DNA of 64,000 bases, taken from contig OZ253496.1 of the NCBI GenBank assembly GCA_965262115.1, positions 320,001 to 384,000 of the forward strand, in the 5' to 3' direction. The translations under genes were made by a program, and so were the position numbers. The notes under the pieces are model-generated. The model had not been told where the DNA came from. It saw only the letters and a program-made list of their open reading frames with translations, and searched no databases. Shown here in pieces: positions 42,423-53,771 of the stretch. Positions within the stretch are counted from its first letter, which is position 1. Every line of letters begins with the position of its first letter. Source of the stretch: Nitrospinales bacterium (GTDB lineage: Bacteria; Nitrospinota; Nitrospinia; Nitrospinales; VA-1).

Positions 42423-44312
42423 ATGACAAAATACCGATCAGAAGATATCGAAGTCCTCGAAGGCCTAGATCCGGTTCGCAAACGGCCGGGAATGTACATT
42501 GGCGCCACTTCGTCAACAGGCCTGCATCATTTACTTTGGGAAATTCTGGACAACTCCGTAGATGAAGCGCTCAACGGTCATTGCGACACCATCGAAGTGA
42601 CTCTGGAGAAGGATCATGGCGTCACCATCAAGGATAATGGCCGGGGAATTCCTGTAGATGCGTATCGCAAGACCAAAAAGAGCGCAATGGAAATCCTCTT
42701 TACCACTTTGCATTCAGGAGGGAAATTTGGTCAGGGCAACTATAAAGTATCCGGTGGACTTCATGGGGTTGGAATGGCTGTGGTCTGCGCCCTGTCGGAA
42801 AAGCTTGTCGCGACTTCCCGCCGGGATGGATTCGAATGGAGCCAGACTTATTCCCGAGGCAAACCCACCACAAAACTTAAAAAAGGCAAAGCCGCACGAA
42901 TCTACGGCACCACAGTTTACTTCAAACATGATGGTAAAATTTTCCCGAAAACGGAATTCAATCCCAAATTCATTCTGGAGCGGGCAGAATCAAAAGCCTT
43001 CCTCAATAAGGGGCTGAAAATAATCGTCCATGAAAATAAAAATAAACACACGTTTTACTATCCCGACGGAATTCAAGATTACATTAAAAAGATTGTTGGC
43101 CAAAAGGCCACTTTGATGGACAAACCTTTTTACGTCGAAAAGGAAGACAAGTTATTAAGATTGGAAACCGCGTTTCTCTGGACTCCAAATACCGACACGC
43201 AGATTCTTTCCTTTGCCAACTCCATCCGAACCATTGACGGGGGCACCCATGAGACCGGCTTCCGCAACGGCATCGCTAAAGCAGTCCGGGCTTACATTGA
43301 CAGGCGCAAACTCCTTCCAAAAGGTATAACGGGAATTACCGGCGATGACGTCCGGGAGGGGCTGGTTGCTATTATCAATGTTTATCTTCAGGGAGAGGTC
43401 GAGTTTCAAGGACAAACCAAGGGACGATTGAATTCTGAAATCACCTCCCAGGTAGAAGCAGTGGTCAAACACACCCTCGAACATTATTTAAATGAAAATC
43501 AGAGCCTGGGAAACATCCTCGCCAACCGCATCATCCTTTCGGCGCAGGCCCGTATCGCATCCCGTCAGGCTAAGGAAGCGGTTCAGCGAAAAACCAATAT
43601 TTCGCATCGACTCAACTTACCAGGAAAACTATCGGACTGCGCCACAACGGATAAGGATCAAGCCGAACTCTTTATTTGCGAAGGTGACTCCGCCGGCGGT
43701 TCCAGCAAACAGGCAAGGGATCGAAAAACCCAGGCGATCCTTCCCATTCGAGGGAAAATACTCAATGTTGAAACCGCAACCATGACCAAGATTCTCGCCA
43801 ATACAGAAATTCAAAACCTCATTTCTGCTTGTGGGACCGGCATAGGCCACAAATTCGATTACAACAAGCTTCGCTACGGAAAAATCATCATCATGACCGA
43901 TGCGGATGTTGACGGAGCACATATCTGCACCCTGCTACTTACCTTTTTCTATAGGTACCTTCCAGAAATCCTTGAAAAGGGGCATCTGTTCATAGCCCAG
44001 CCACCTTTATATCGCATCGATGTCGGCAAAAAACTGTTTTACGCCTTGACCGAAGAAGAAAAAGATGAAATCATCAAGGAATTAAACGGCACCTCCCACG
44101 AAATAGGCCGTTTTAAAGGACTCGGAGAGATGCCCGCTTCGGACTTGAAAGAAACCACCATGAGTAAAAAATCCCGATCCCTGATTCGGGTAGTATTGGG
44201 CTCTACCGAGCAAGCCAGCAAAACTATTTGCGAGTTAATGGGGAAAAACGCCGAGTCACGTTTCAAATTCATAAAAGAAAAAGCGGAGTTCGTTCAGGAT
44301 CTGGATGTTTAG
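42423..44312 (+). CDS. parE: type IIA topoisomerase subunit B (ParE-like)
   Basis: VRKRPGMYIG, EILDNSVDE, GGLHGVG, EGDSAGG, PIRGK, TDADVDG, FKGLGEM. Confidence 0.85.
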   Translation: MTKYRSEDIEVLEGLDPVRKRPGMYIGATSSTGLHHLLWEILDNSVDEALNGHCDTIEVTLEKDHGVTIKDNGRGIPVDAYRKTKKSAMEILFTTLHSGGKFGQGNYKVSGGLHGVGMAVVCALSEKLVATSRRDGFEWSQTYSRGKPTTKLKKGKAARIYGTTVYFKHDGKIFPKTEFNPKFILERAESKAFLNKGLKIIVHENKNKHTFYYPDGIQDYIKKIVGQKATLMDKPFYVEKEDKLLRLETAFLWTPNTDTQILSFANSIRTIDGGTHETGFRNGIAKAVRAYIDRRKLLPKGITGITGDDVREGLVAIINVYLQGEVEFQGQTKGRLNSEITSQVEAVVKHTLEHYLNENQSLGNILANRIILSAQARIASRQAKEAVQRKTNISHRLNLPGKLSDCATTDKDQAELFICEGDSAGGSSKQARDRKTQAILPIRGKILNVETATMTKILANTEIQNLISACGTGIGHKFDYNKLRYGKIIIMTDADVDGAHICTLLLTFFYRYLPEILEKGHLFIAQPPLYRIDVGKKLFYALTEEEKDEIIKELNGTSHEIGRFKGLGEMPASDLKETTMSKKSRSLIRVVLGSTEQASKTICELMGKNAESRFKFIKEKAEFVQDLDV

Positions 44313-44471
44313 GTCGCTTTTTTAGAAATTTTTCCCAGCAGATTTCGACTTCCCCTGCGATTATCCGTATTCCGAACGATCACGCCAAAATTGTAACTGA
44401 AATGTTTTCACTGCTTTTAGAAGCAGCCATCGACCAATTCGGCTTGAGTTTTACATGACTTCGTAGTACGA

Positions 44472-46911
44472 TTGATTGGCGTGATGGAAGTGATCAACAA
44501 AAGAAGAAGTGGGGAAGCATTTAGCGATACTGACTTTAAACTAGCCAGGCGGATTTCTCCTGCCATCGGGAAAGTTTTTGCGCAACTGGAAGAAGAATAT
44601 CGCATGGAACCTCTTCCTGAAACTGGGCACCTGTCTCCAGAAGAGGATCTCCATCGCATTTCCCAAGCCATCCACTCGGCAAAAAATATAGATGAAATCT
44701 TGATAGAGCTTAAGGACTCTATTTTAAATCTGTTTGAGGCACAGGCTCTCACCATCTATGCCGTTGACGGGCAAAAAAATGAAATTTTTTCGAAGGTGAA
44801 GTCTGGCGAACATATAAACGAAATCCGGTTCCCCATTTCCCCTGTAAGCATTGTCGGTTGGGTCGGCAGCCATCAAAAAAGCGTGAATATTACCGATGTT
44901 TACAACGAGCAGGAACTGCAAAGCTATCATGCCGACCTCAAGTTTAACAATTCGTGGGATAAAAAATCCGGAAGCGTTTCTAAATCCCTTTTGGGGTACC
45001 CCATGATTCATGCGGAAAAACTTATGGGAGTTTTCCAGCTGGTTAACAAATTGAATGGGGGGAGATTTACGGAACAGGATGAAAAGAGCGCCGCTATTAT
45101 TTCCAAAACACTGGCTTCGGCTTTTCATAGCCAGACCAAATACGTTCCGTCCAAGTCAACCAGGTTCAGCTTTTTAACACAAAGTGGGATTATCACCGAA
45201 GAAGAATTGACTCAAGCCATCGCCAAAGCAAGAAAAAACCGGATTGACGTGGAAACAATATTGCTGCTCGATTTTAGACTACGAAGAAGGGATATAGGGA
45301 AATCCTTTGAAACTTTTTACGACCTCCCTTATTTTGGCTACAGCTATATGGTTATTCTACCGGCAGAAATCTTTACAGGATTAAACCGTAATTTTTTAGC
45401 AAAAAATTACTGGGTCCCCATTCAAAAAGATGGCGACAAGGTTACCATACTGGTCACCGACCCGCTCAACCCAGACAGGGATCAAAACATCCGGCAAATT
45501 TTTCCCAAGAAGGAGATTGAATACAAGATCGGATTAAAAATTGATATCATAGATTTTTTAAATTCCTCACAGGAAATAGTTTCATCCTCTACAGACGGAG
45601 AGGCACCCAAAATTGAGAAAATGTCTGGCCTGTTAAGCGCCCTCAAAGAAGAACAGGGAGATGTGAAGAAGACGGAACAGGCGGAAGAGGACGTGGCAAA
45701 TGCCGTCAGCGGAACAGACAGCACCATTGTAAGGTTGGTCAACAAAATATTGATTGATGCTTATGACAATGGCGTTTCCGATATTCATATTGAACCGGGT
45801 ATCGGCAAAGAAGCTATAAGGGTCCGCTATCGAAAAGACGGTATCTGCACCATTTATGAAGAAATTCCTTCCATTTACAAGCAGGCGCTCATTTCCAGGA
45901 TTAAAATCATGTCCAAGCTGGATATTGCCGAGAGACGGTTGCCTCAGGACGGAAAAATTAGAATGCAGTATGGGAAAAAGAGAATTGAATACCGGGTCGC
46001 AACCTGCCCGACCGTTGGCGGGAACGAAGATGCGGTTCTCCGTATTTTGTCCGCCAGCAAACCCATCCCGCTGAAAAATATGAATTTTAATGAACGTAAT
46101 TTGGAACTGATCCGTGGCTGCGCAGCCAAACCCTATGGTTTGATTCTGGTGGTAGGACCTACTGGATCAGGAAAAACCACTACCCTCCATTCCATTTTAG
46201 GTTTTATCAACAAACCAGAAAAAAAATATGGACCGCCGAGGATCCCGTGGAAATCACGCAGAAAGGCCTACGTCAAGTCCAGACGCTCGATAAAATCGGA
46301 CTCGATTTTGCGCCCGGGCCATGAGATTTTTTCTGCGCGGCGATCCAGATGTCATCATGGTTGGTGAAATGCGCGATGCCGAGACCTGTGCCATTGGTCT
46401 GGAAGCCTCTCTAACCGGTCACTTGGTTTTCAGCACCCTGCACACAAACTCCGCCTCCGAGACCATTATACGGCTCCTGGATATGGGAATGAACCCACTC
46501 AACTTTGCCGATGCCCTGCTCCTCATTGTCGCACAACGACTGGTTCGCACCCTTTGCAAAAAATGCAAGGAAGATTACCACCCTGATCGGGAAGAATTTG
46601 ATTCACTCGCCGAAGAATATGGAGTCGGCTTTGAAAAGCTGGGCATTGAATATTCTGATGACTTAATGTTGAAGAAACCAGCGGGATGCGAAAACTGCAA
46701 TGATACCGGTTATGCAGGACGTACCGGGCTGCACGAGTGCCTTGAAGGCACAGATACCATTAAAAGAATGATTCTGAAACAAGCTTTGGCCGAAGAATTG
46801 CGCGAACAGGCTCTGAGTGACGGAATGACAACCCTCAAGCAGGACGGAATTTATAAAATATTCAAAGGGGATTGCGACCTGAAACAAGTTATGGCCGTTT
46901 GTATCGTCTAA
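44472..46911 (+). pseudogene. GAF-domain GspE/PilB-family ATPase, 5'-truncated with two frameshifts
   Basis: SDIHIEP, ERRLPQDG, GPTGSGKTT, then WTAEDPVE in a second frame and MVGEMRD / GHLVFSTLHTN in a third. Confidence 0.88.
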
Positions 46912-46928
46912 AAAATTCCAGATGGTTC

Positions 46929-48260
46929 TTAAGAGTGGGCGGGAATCGGTCCTTTCAGTCCTTCCTTCCATTCCTTTATTTTTTCCATTGCGTTCATTGC
47001 AATTTTCTGATTCCTGACTTTTTTATCGCGAATCCGCATTTCCTGAACCCAGAACAAGCCAAAGTTAATATTCATCGGCTGAAACCCTTTACTCATGGAT
47101 GTGGTTAAATAATTTATCAAAGCACCTAGTGCAGTATCGGCAGGCGGCGGAGTATAGGGACTTCCCGTTATTTTCGCCACTGCGCTCAAACTCGCTAAAA
47201 GCCCCATCGCAGACGATTCGACATATCCTTCCACTCCGGTGATCTGGCCGGCAAAATAATTTCCCGGCCGATCCTTCAATTCCAGTTCATTGCTCAAAAG
47301 GCTGGGAGAATTAATAAAAGTGTTTCGATGAATAGCGCCCAATCGGAAAAACTCAGCATTTTCCAAACCAGGAATCATCGAAAAAATCCTCTTCTGTTCC
47401 GGGTAAGTGAGCTTGGTTTGGAATCCCACCAGATTATAGGCAGAGCTATCCCGATTTTCCCGACGCAACTGCACCACCGCATGGGCTATTTTCCCGGTTT
47501 TTGGATCGGGTAATCCCACGGGCTTTAATGGACCAAACGCCAAAGTCCTATCACCCCTCTCGGCCAGCACCTCAATGGGCATACACCCTTCAAAATAAAT
47601 CGGCTTTTCAAAAGAAGCGAATTGAACCTTCTCTGCGGCCTTCAATTCCTGGACGAACGCATAATACTGTTCCGCAGTCATGGGGCAATTCAGGTAGTCA
47701 GCATCCCCTTTATCATAACGCGAAGCAAAAAACGCTTTGTCATAATCTATCGAGTCCGCATTTACTATGGGCGACAACGCATCGTAAAAGTATAAATACT
47801 CCTGGCCAATTAATTTTGAAATTTGCTCCGACAAATGAGGCGAGGTCAAAGGACCTGTAGCGATAATAACCGGTCCTTCCTGGGGAATTTCCAGTACTTC
47901 TTCACGCTTGAAAGTAATATTTTGGTGATTCAATAATTTTTCGGTAATTTCCTGCGAAAACAAATCCCGGTCAACAGCCAGAGCGGAACCTGCAGGAACC
48001 GAATTTGTATCGCCGGATGCGATAATGATGGAATTGAAACTGCGAAGCTCTTCTTTAAGGATAAACGGAGCAGAATGAGGCTGATTATTTCCCAAGGAGT
48101 TACTACAAACCAGTTCAGCGCAATTCCCGGTTTTATGAACAGGGTTACGGACTACCGGCCGCATTTCATACAAAACAACCTGCACACCCAGTTCCGCCGC
48201 CTGCCAGGCCGCCTCCGACCCCGCAAGCCCTGCACCGATAATTGTTAAAAAATCCTTCAC
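46929..48260 (-). CDS. trmFO: FAD/folate-dependent tRNA (uracil-54)-methyltransferase
   Basis: GAGLAGSEAA, AELVCSNS, FEGCMPIE, HRNTFI, AGQITGVEGY. Confidence 0.97.
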   Translation of the reverse strand: MKDFLTIIGAGLAGSEAAWQAAELGVQVVLYEMRPVVRNPVHKTGNCAELVCSNSLGNNQPHSAPFILKEELRSFNSIIIASGDTNSVPAGSALAVDRDLFSQEITEKLLNHQNITFKREEVLEIPQEGPVIIATGPLTSPHLSEQISKLIGQEYLYFYDALSPIVNADSIDYDKAFFASRYDKGDADYLNCPMTAEQYYAFVQELKAAEKVQFASFEKPIYFEGCMPIEVLAERGDRTLAFGPLKPVGLPDPKTGKIAHAVVQLRRENRDSSAYNLVGFQTKLTYPEQKRIFSMIPGLENAEFFRLGAIHRNTFINSPSLLSNELELKDRPGNYFAGQITGVEGYVESSAMGLLASLSAVAKITGSPYTPPPADTALGALINYLTTSMSKGFQPMNINFGLFWVQEMRIRDKKVRNQKIAMNAMEKIKEWKEGLKGPIPAHS

Positions 48261-48266
48261 AATCGA

Positions 48267-50531
48267 TCAAGCCGCAGCATCGGTTTTCTTGAATCCACAA
48301 TTTGGGCAAAGCACAGAAGGATCTTCATTCTTTTTCCACTTCTCGATCAAAAACGGATTTTTACATTCCGGACAAGCTTCCCCAATCGGTTTGTCCCATG
48401 AGGTAAATTTACAATCGGGATACTTCGTGCAACCATAAAAAGTTCTTCCCTTTTTAGACCGGCGCGAGGCAATCTCTCCCTCGCAGGATTCCTCCGGGCA
48501 GGAAATACCAAGGCCAATCGCTTTGGTAAATTTGCAATCCGGGTAAGTGGAGCAAGCAATAAATTTACCAAAACGACCGCGTTTGATAATCAACGGCGAC
48601 TGGCATAAATCACAATTTCCTTCAACTTCCTCTGCCTTGGCCCCCTCACCCTTTTCTCCTTTTTCTCCCAAATCTCGGGTGTTTTTGCATTCCGGATACC
48701 CCGAACACGCCATGAATTTTCCAAAACGCCCCCATTTAATAATCATGGGTTGATCACATTTTTCACAAACCTCATCGGTTTCTTCAACTTGGGCTTTGAA
48801 GTCCTTCATCTTTTCTTCAGCTTTTTCCAAGTCCGCCTTGAAGGGGATGTAAAAAGATTTTAGGGCATCGACCCACTCAAGCTTCCCTTCTTCAATATCG
48901 TCTAATTGACTCTCCATTTTGGCGGTGAATTCTGTGGTCATGATATCTGGGAAGTTCTCAACCAAAAGATCATTGATCATAAAACCAAGTTCAACAGGTT
49001 GCAGGCGCCGTTCTACATTTTGAATATAGTCCCTGTCCTTAATAACACTAATGATCGCCGCATAAGTACTGGGCCGCCCGACCCCTTTATCTTCAAGCTC
49101 CTTGACCAACCTCGCCTCGGAGAAACGCGCCGGAGGCTGGGTAAAATGTTGCTCGGGAAGGACTTCGTGAACTTTCAATGTCTCTCCCTTTTCTAATGGG
49201 GGAAGCAGGCGGTCGTCACCTTTTCCTTCTGATTTCGACCCATCGTCCTGATCATCGTCCTGACTTTCAACATAGACTTTCATGAAGCCGGCAAATTTTA
49301 ATACCGAACCGTTACTGCGAAACAAATAGTTTCCCGCCTGAATATCAAACTGAGTGGTGTCCAAAACCGCCGGAACCATCTGGCAAGAAACAAAACGCGA
49401 CCAGATTAACTGGTAAAGCCGGAACATATCCTTTTCCAAATTCTCTTTGATAGTATTCGGTTCCAGTTGAACATCGGTGGGCCGGATCGCCTCATGTGCC
49501 TCTTGAGCCGACTTTTTACTTTTATACGTATTGGGTTTTCCGGGGAGGTACTCCTTGCCATATCTTTCAGGAATGAATGCGCGAACTTCTTCGAGAGCCT
49601 GGTCCGACAATCTCACCGAATCGGTACGCATATACGTGATGAGACCCACGGTTCCCTTTTTACCCATGGCAATTCCCTCATACAACCGTTGAGCAAGCAT
49701 CATGGTTTTTTTGGGAGAGAAATTAAGTTTTCGGGATGCTTCCTGCTGGAGGGTACTGGTAATAAAGGGGGCACTCGGGTTTCTTTTTCTTTCTTTTTTG
49801 ACAATACTCTCAAGTGTGGGCTTGGCCCCTTCCAATCCCTTGAGAATCTGATCCGCCTCGGCTTTATTGGCGACCTCGGCTTTTTCCCCTTCAATTTTAA
49901 ATAGTTTTGCCTGAAACCGGGGTTTCTGACTGCCCTCCAACTCAAGCATGATCGACCAGTACTCGCGGGGCTTAAAGGCCAGAATTTCACGTTCCCTTTC
50001 ACAAACAATCCGTAAAGCAACGGATTGCACTCGCCCGGCACTCAGCCCCCGATGAACTTTTTTCCATAAGATGGGACTGATTTTATATCCCACCAACCGG
50101 TCTAGAATTCTGCGAGCCTGTTGCGCGTTCACCCGGTTAGCATTAAGTTCAGTAGGATTTTTAATAGCTTCCAGAACCGCCTTTTTAGTGATTTCGTTAA
50201 AAGCTACCCGATAAATTTTGCCCTTGGTAAATCGTGCTACTTCATTTCCAATATGGTAGGCAATGGCCTCTCCTTCCCGATCCGGGTCCGGAGCGAGATA
50301 AATTGTGTCACACTTCTTGGCGGCGGTTTTCAGCTCCTGGAGAATTTTTCCTTTTCCCCGGATAGTGATGTATTCCGGAGCAAAGTCATTATCAACATCA
50401 ACACCAAGCTTTTTATTGGGAAGATCCTTAAGATGCCCCACCGATGCTTTAATAATAAAATCCTTGCCAACGATTTTTTTCAGCGTGTTGACTTTGGTAG
50501 GTGACTCAACGATCAGTAACGATTTACCCAT
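48267..50531 (-). CDS. topA: DNA topoisomerase I
   Basis: IVESPTK, DPDREGE, SAGRVQS, ITYMRTDS, AHEAIRPT; C-terminal Zn ribbons. Confidence 0.98.
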   Translation of the reverse strand: MGKSLLIVESPTKVNTLKKIVGKDFIIKASVGHLKDLPNKKLGVDVDNDFAPEYITIRGKGKILQELKTAAKKCDTIYLAPDPDREGEAIAYHIGNEVARFTKGKIYRVAFNEITKKAVLEAIKNPTELNANRVNAQQARRILDRLVGYKISPILWKKVHRGLSAGRVQSVALRIVCEREREILAFKPREYWSIMLELEGSQKPRFQAKLFKIEGEKAEVANKAEADQILKGLEGAKPTLESIVKKERKRNPSAPFITSTLQQEASRKLNFSPKKTMMLAQRLYEGIAMGKKGTVGLITYMRTDSVRLSDQALEEVRAFIPERYGKEYLPGKPNTYKSKKSAQEAHEAIRPTDVQLEPNTIKENLEKDMFRLYQLIWSRFVSCQMVPAVLDTTQFDIQAGNYLFRSNGSVLKFAGFMKVYVESQDDDQDDGSKSEGKGDDRLLPPLEKGETLKVHEVLPEQHFTQPPARFSEARLVKELEDKGVGRPSTYAAIISVIKDRDYIQNVERRLQPVELGFMINDLLVENFPDIMTTEFTAKMESQLDDIEEGKLEWVDALKSFYIPFKADLEKAEEKMKDFKAQVEETDEVCEKCDQPMIIKWGRFGKFMACSGYPECKNTRDLGEKGEKGEGAKAEEVEGNCDLCQSPLIIKRGRFGKFIACSTYPDCKFTKAIGLGISCPEESCEGEIASRRSKKGRTFYGCTKYPDCKFTSWDKPIGEACPECKNPFLIEKWKKNEDPSVLCPNCGFKKTDAAA

Positions 50532-50540
50532 ATTTCCTCA

Positions 50541-51662
50541 CTAGTTGTGTTCATCGCCGCAATTAGAAATATACATCTTTCCACTCAGTTGCCGAACCAA
50601 ACCTCTCAATTCTAGTTGTAACAGTGTAGCCGAAACTTGAGCGGGAGACAAATTGCTGTTTTCAATTAAATTATCTATATGTCTGCCTTCAAATGATAAT
50701 AAAGAAAAAATCTTTTTTTCCTGGTCATTATCAAGTTTGACTTTAGGTTCAACGCTTTCTTTTTTAGCCTTCAAACTTTCACCCAACGCGGGTAACAATT
50801 CTTCAAGAATGGATTCAGGACTATCGACCAACTTTGCGCCTGTCTTGATCAGGTCATTGGTTCCCCTGCTTTTTGGAGACGTAATGTTTCCCGGAACCGC
50901 AAAAACCTCTCTCCCCTGCTCCAAAGCAAAGTCTGCCGTGATCAGGGCCCCGCTTTTTTCAGCCGCTTCGACAACCACCGTTCCTAAAGCCAAACCACTT
51001 AGTATCCGGTTTCTTGCCGGAAAATTGTTCCGATCCGGTCTCATGAAAACAGGGAACTCAGACAATACAGCCCCCTGCTCGACAATTTGCTTTCTCAACT
51101 TAATATTTTCAGGCGGATATGTATGCCCCAATCCGCAACCAAAAACAGCAATCGTATCTGCTCCGGCAGAAAGGGCAGCCTTGTGAGCCAATGTATCAAT
51201 CCCCCTGGCCAAGCCGCTGATTATACTAAATCCGGCAGAAGCCAGTTTCAAGCAAAGTCTTTCCGCGACCAACTTTCCATATTCGGAAGGGGTGCGCGTT
51301 CCCACCACCGTCAAAGGCAGGGAAATCATGTTTAAGGCCTTGCCTTGTACATATAAAATTGGCGGAGGATCATAAATGGATTTCAATAAGGATGGATATT
51401 CCGGGCTTTCGAGTGTTAAAATCCGTATGCCTTCCTTTTCAACCAGCCTCAGTTCGCGCTCTGCGGTAGAATCAACATCAAATTTCTTTATTTCTCCCGC
51501 TACTTTGTCACCAATCCCCTGAATTCTCAGCAGTTCGTTCATGGGTGCCAAGAAGACTCCGCGCGGCGAACCCAGCCCCTGGACGAGACGGTGAAACAGG
51601 GTTCGGCCTACCCCGACAACCATATTTAAAGCCAGCCAATACTTCAGGGTTTCCCTGTCCAT
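50541..51662 (-). CDS. dprA: DNA-processing protein DprA
   Basis: DPPPILY, VGTR, SGLARGID, FPARNRI, EAAEKSG, FAVPG; C-terminal winged helix. Confidence 0.96.
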   Translation of the reverse strand: MDRETLKYWLALNMVVGVGRTLFHRLVQGLGSPRGVFLAPMNELLRIQGIGDKVAGEIKKFDVDSTAERELRLVEKEGIRILTLESPEYPSLLKSIYDPPPILYVQGKALNMISLPLTVVGTRTPSEYGKLVAERLCLKLASAGFSIISGLARGIDTLAHKAALSAGADTIAVFGCGLGHTYPPENIKLRKQIVEQGAVLSEFPVFMRPDRNNFPARNRILSGLALGTVVVEAAEKSGALITADFALEQGREVFAVPGNITSPKSRGTNDLIKTGAKLVDSPESILEELLPALGESLKAKKESVEPKVKLDNDQEKKIFSLLSFEGRHIDNLIENSNLSPAQVSATLLQLELRGLVRQLSGKMYISNCGDEHN

Positions 51663-52486
51663 GGGGCTTTTACCCGATTTAATTCCGCAACAGCAAGATT
51701 AAAATTGTAAACCGCATCATAATAACCACTCAATACCCGGGTGTATATAATGAGCGCTTCAAACAAGTCTCCCGGATCTCCAATACCAAAATCATAGTTT
51801 GCCACTTCACTCACCAACAAAGCCCGCGTGATTTTGCGGTTTTTTCGGGCGAGATTCAGTTTCTCCCTATTTTCTACAGCTCTTAGATAACCGGTCTTGA
51901 GTCCCAACTCATTGTCAGATGAATATTCGTCCATAGCGGTGGCAAGACCAGATTCCTTAAACCAGGATTCATAATTATCAAATTTAAAATCGACTGGCTT
52001 TATCTCAGAGTCCTGCATTTTCGCATCCGGAGAATAGGACTCTTTGAACATTCCAGCCAGAGATAATCGCGCTACCTTTATATCACTGTCCAACTCGATG
52101 ATATCAGTCAAAGTCCCGGCGAGGCCCAGTTTAAGCTTTGTAATAGCCGATTGACTGACATCCTCTTCACCAAAATCAAATTTTTCTTCGGCTTTTGTGA
52201 TGGCCTTTTCAAAATGCTCCTGCACCTCTTCTAATATTTCCAGTTTCTGCATTTTGCTTTGAATCTGATAATAGTATTTTCGGACTTGATATTCTTTCTC
52301 GGCTAATAATGATAACTCTTTGCCTTGATAAAGAGACCTAATATCTTCAACCGCTTTTTGCAGACCAGGCAATGGCTCCGTTCCTCCCGCCATAGAACTG
52401 GAAAGAAAAAGCGTAGAAATCAGCAATAATACTGCCAAGTTTGCAACCAGAGGCTTCATAACACCCCTTAGCGGATTTTTAGACAT
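51644..52486 (-). CDS. exported TolC/OEP-like helical protein (short)
   Basis: Signal peptide; C-terminal NYDFGIG...YYDAVYNFNLAVAEL resembles the end of an OEP repeat. Confidence 0.6.
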   Translation of the reverse strand: MSKNPLRGVMKPLVANLAVLLLISTLFLSSSMAGGTEPLPGLQKAVEDIRSLYQGKELSLLAEKEYQVRKYYYQIQSKMQKLEILEEVQEHFEKAITKAEEKFDFGEEDVSQSAITKLKLGLAGTLTDIIELDSDIKVARLSLAGMFKESYSPDAKMQDSEIKPVDFKFDNYESWFKESGLATAMDEYSSDNELGLKTGYLRAVENREKLNLARKNRKITRALLVSEVANYDFGIGDPGDLFEALIIYTRVLSGYYDAVYNFNLAVAELNRVKAPWTGKP

Positions 52487-52657
52487 GAAAACGCGATCCT
52501 ATAAAATTTTTTTTCAATTAAGAACGGGAAAGAGATTAAAGGAAAGAAAAAAGGGGCACTAAACTTCTAAAAAGAAACCTTGATGGCAACCAAGAATGTT
52601 CTTTTCATTGAAAAATGCCCTATAAAGGCAGAAGCTCAGTACCCCTCAGATAGAGCA

Positions 52658-52686
52658 AATGTAGCATAGCCCCCCGCCTCTGTCAA
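52658..52686 (-). promoter_or_regulatory. sigma70-type promoter for the tolC-like-dprA-topA-trmFO run
   Basis: TTGACA-17 nt-TACATT with TG upstream of the -10. Confidence 0.65.
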
Positions 52687-52910
52687 TTTTTTTCTGGGTG
52701 GAGCCTATAATTCTAACAAAATTTTGACAAAATTATCTTTTATTTTCAATTATTTAAACATGCATCGTCATTTTTTAGAACAACCAGACCGTTTAAGACC
52801 TTGTTTTTCAAGGTATTAATATTTATAAAATTCCCGATATTTTGCCGCACTCCGAAGCTCGAAAAAGCCCCTCCCACCAGAATAATGCTTAATTTATCAA
52901 TATATTAGCC

Positions 52911-53771
52911 TTATATCCAGGAGAAAGGAACGGGTATGAACGTTAGCAGAAAAATGGCTGTAGATGCCACTCCCAGTGCTCTATGAACAGGGTCTAGATC
53001 TTCTGTTTCATTTAACAAAGGTGCGGTTTTAAAACCTACCAGCGCTATCATCGCGGCCCAGAAAAACCAGCCCGTCCAAAAATAGCCCAATGGAAATAAT
53101 GCGACGAAAAAAAGACGTCCCACCCACTCATGTTGTTTCGGGGACAACGCAAAAACGATATGTCCGCCATCTAATTGACCGATGGGTATCAGGTTTAACG
53201 CGGTCACCAACATTCCTATCCAACCCGCAAACGCGATTGGATGCAGGTGAATATTCAATTCTGGCGACTGCGGATTCACTCCCAAAACCCATTCCGCACA
53301 AATGTTTAATACCAGGGAGCTGCCGAAATTCATTCCCTCAATACCTACCAGTACCGGCGACACTTTTGAAAGAGACAGGCCGTATATCAATGTCGGCAGA
53401 GCCACTACAAAACCCGCTATGGGACCTGCGGAACCTATTTCCATCAGCACTCTGCGATTAGGAATGACCTGCTTGATCTGAATGAAGGCGCCAAAAGTTC
53501 CGGCGATAAAAACAGGCGGAGCGGGGATGAAATAAGGTAGCGTTGAACGCACCCCGTTCCTTTTGCTGGCCCAGTAATGCCCGAACTCATGCGCACCCAA
53601 AATCAGGATCAGGCTGATTGAAAACAACAAGCCGCCAGACAAATAAGTCGTCACCAAAGTTGCCGCCAACAACATGGAAAACAACCACCAGTTTTGCGGA
53701 GTGCCTGCAGATTGCAATGACTCTTTACTGCTGGCCAGCGTGACGCTGGACTCGATGGATGATGGTTTCAT
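52911..53771 (-). CDS. site-2 protease (M50) family membrane metalloprotease
   Basis: HEFGH, GTFGA, AGPIAG, NLIPIGQLDGGH; start uncertain. Confidence 0.92.
   Translation of the reverse strand: MKPSSIESSVTLASSKESLQSAGTPQNWWLFSMLLAATLVTTYLSGGLLFSISLILILGAHEFGHYWASKRNGVRSTLPYFIPAPPVFIAGTFGAFIQIKQVIPNRRVLMEIGSAGPIAGFVVALPTLIYGLSLSKVSPVLVGIEGMNFGSSLVLNICAEWVLGVNPQSPELNIHLHPIAFAGWIGMLVTALNLIPIGQLDGGHIVFALSPKQHEWVGRLFFVALFPLGYFWTGWFFWAAMIALVGFKTAPLLNETEDLDPVHRALGVASTAIFLLTFIPVPFSWI

Noticed and set aside
46219..46226. Programmed frameshift or phase variation at the A8 run of the PilB-like gene
   Set aside because: A second non-compensating frameshift and a truncated 5' end mean slippage alone would not restore the protein.
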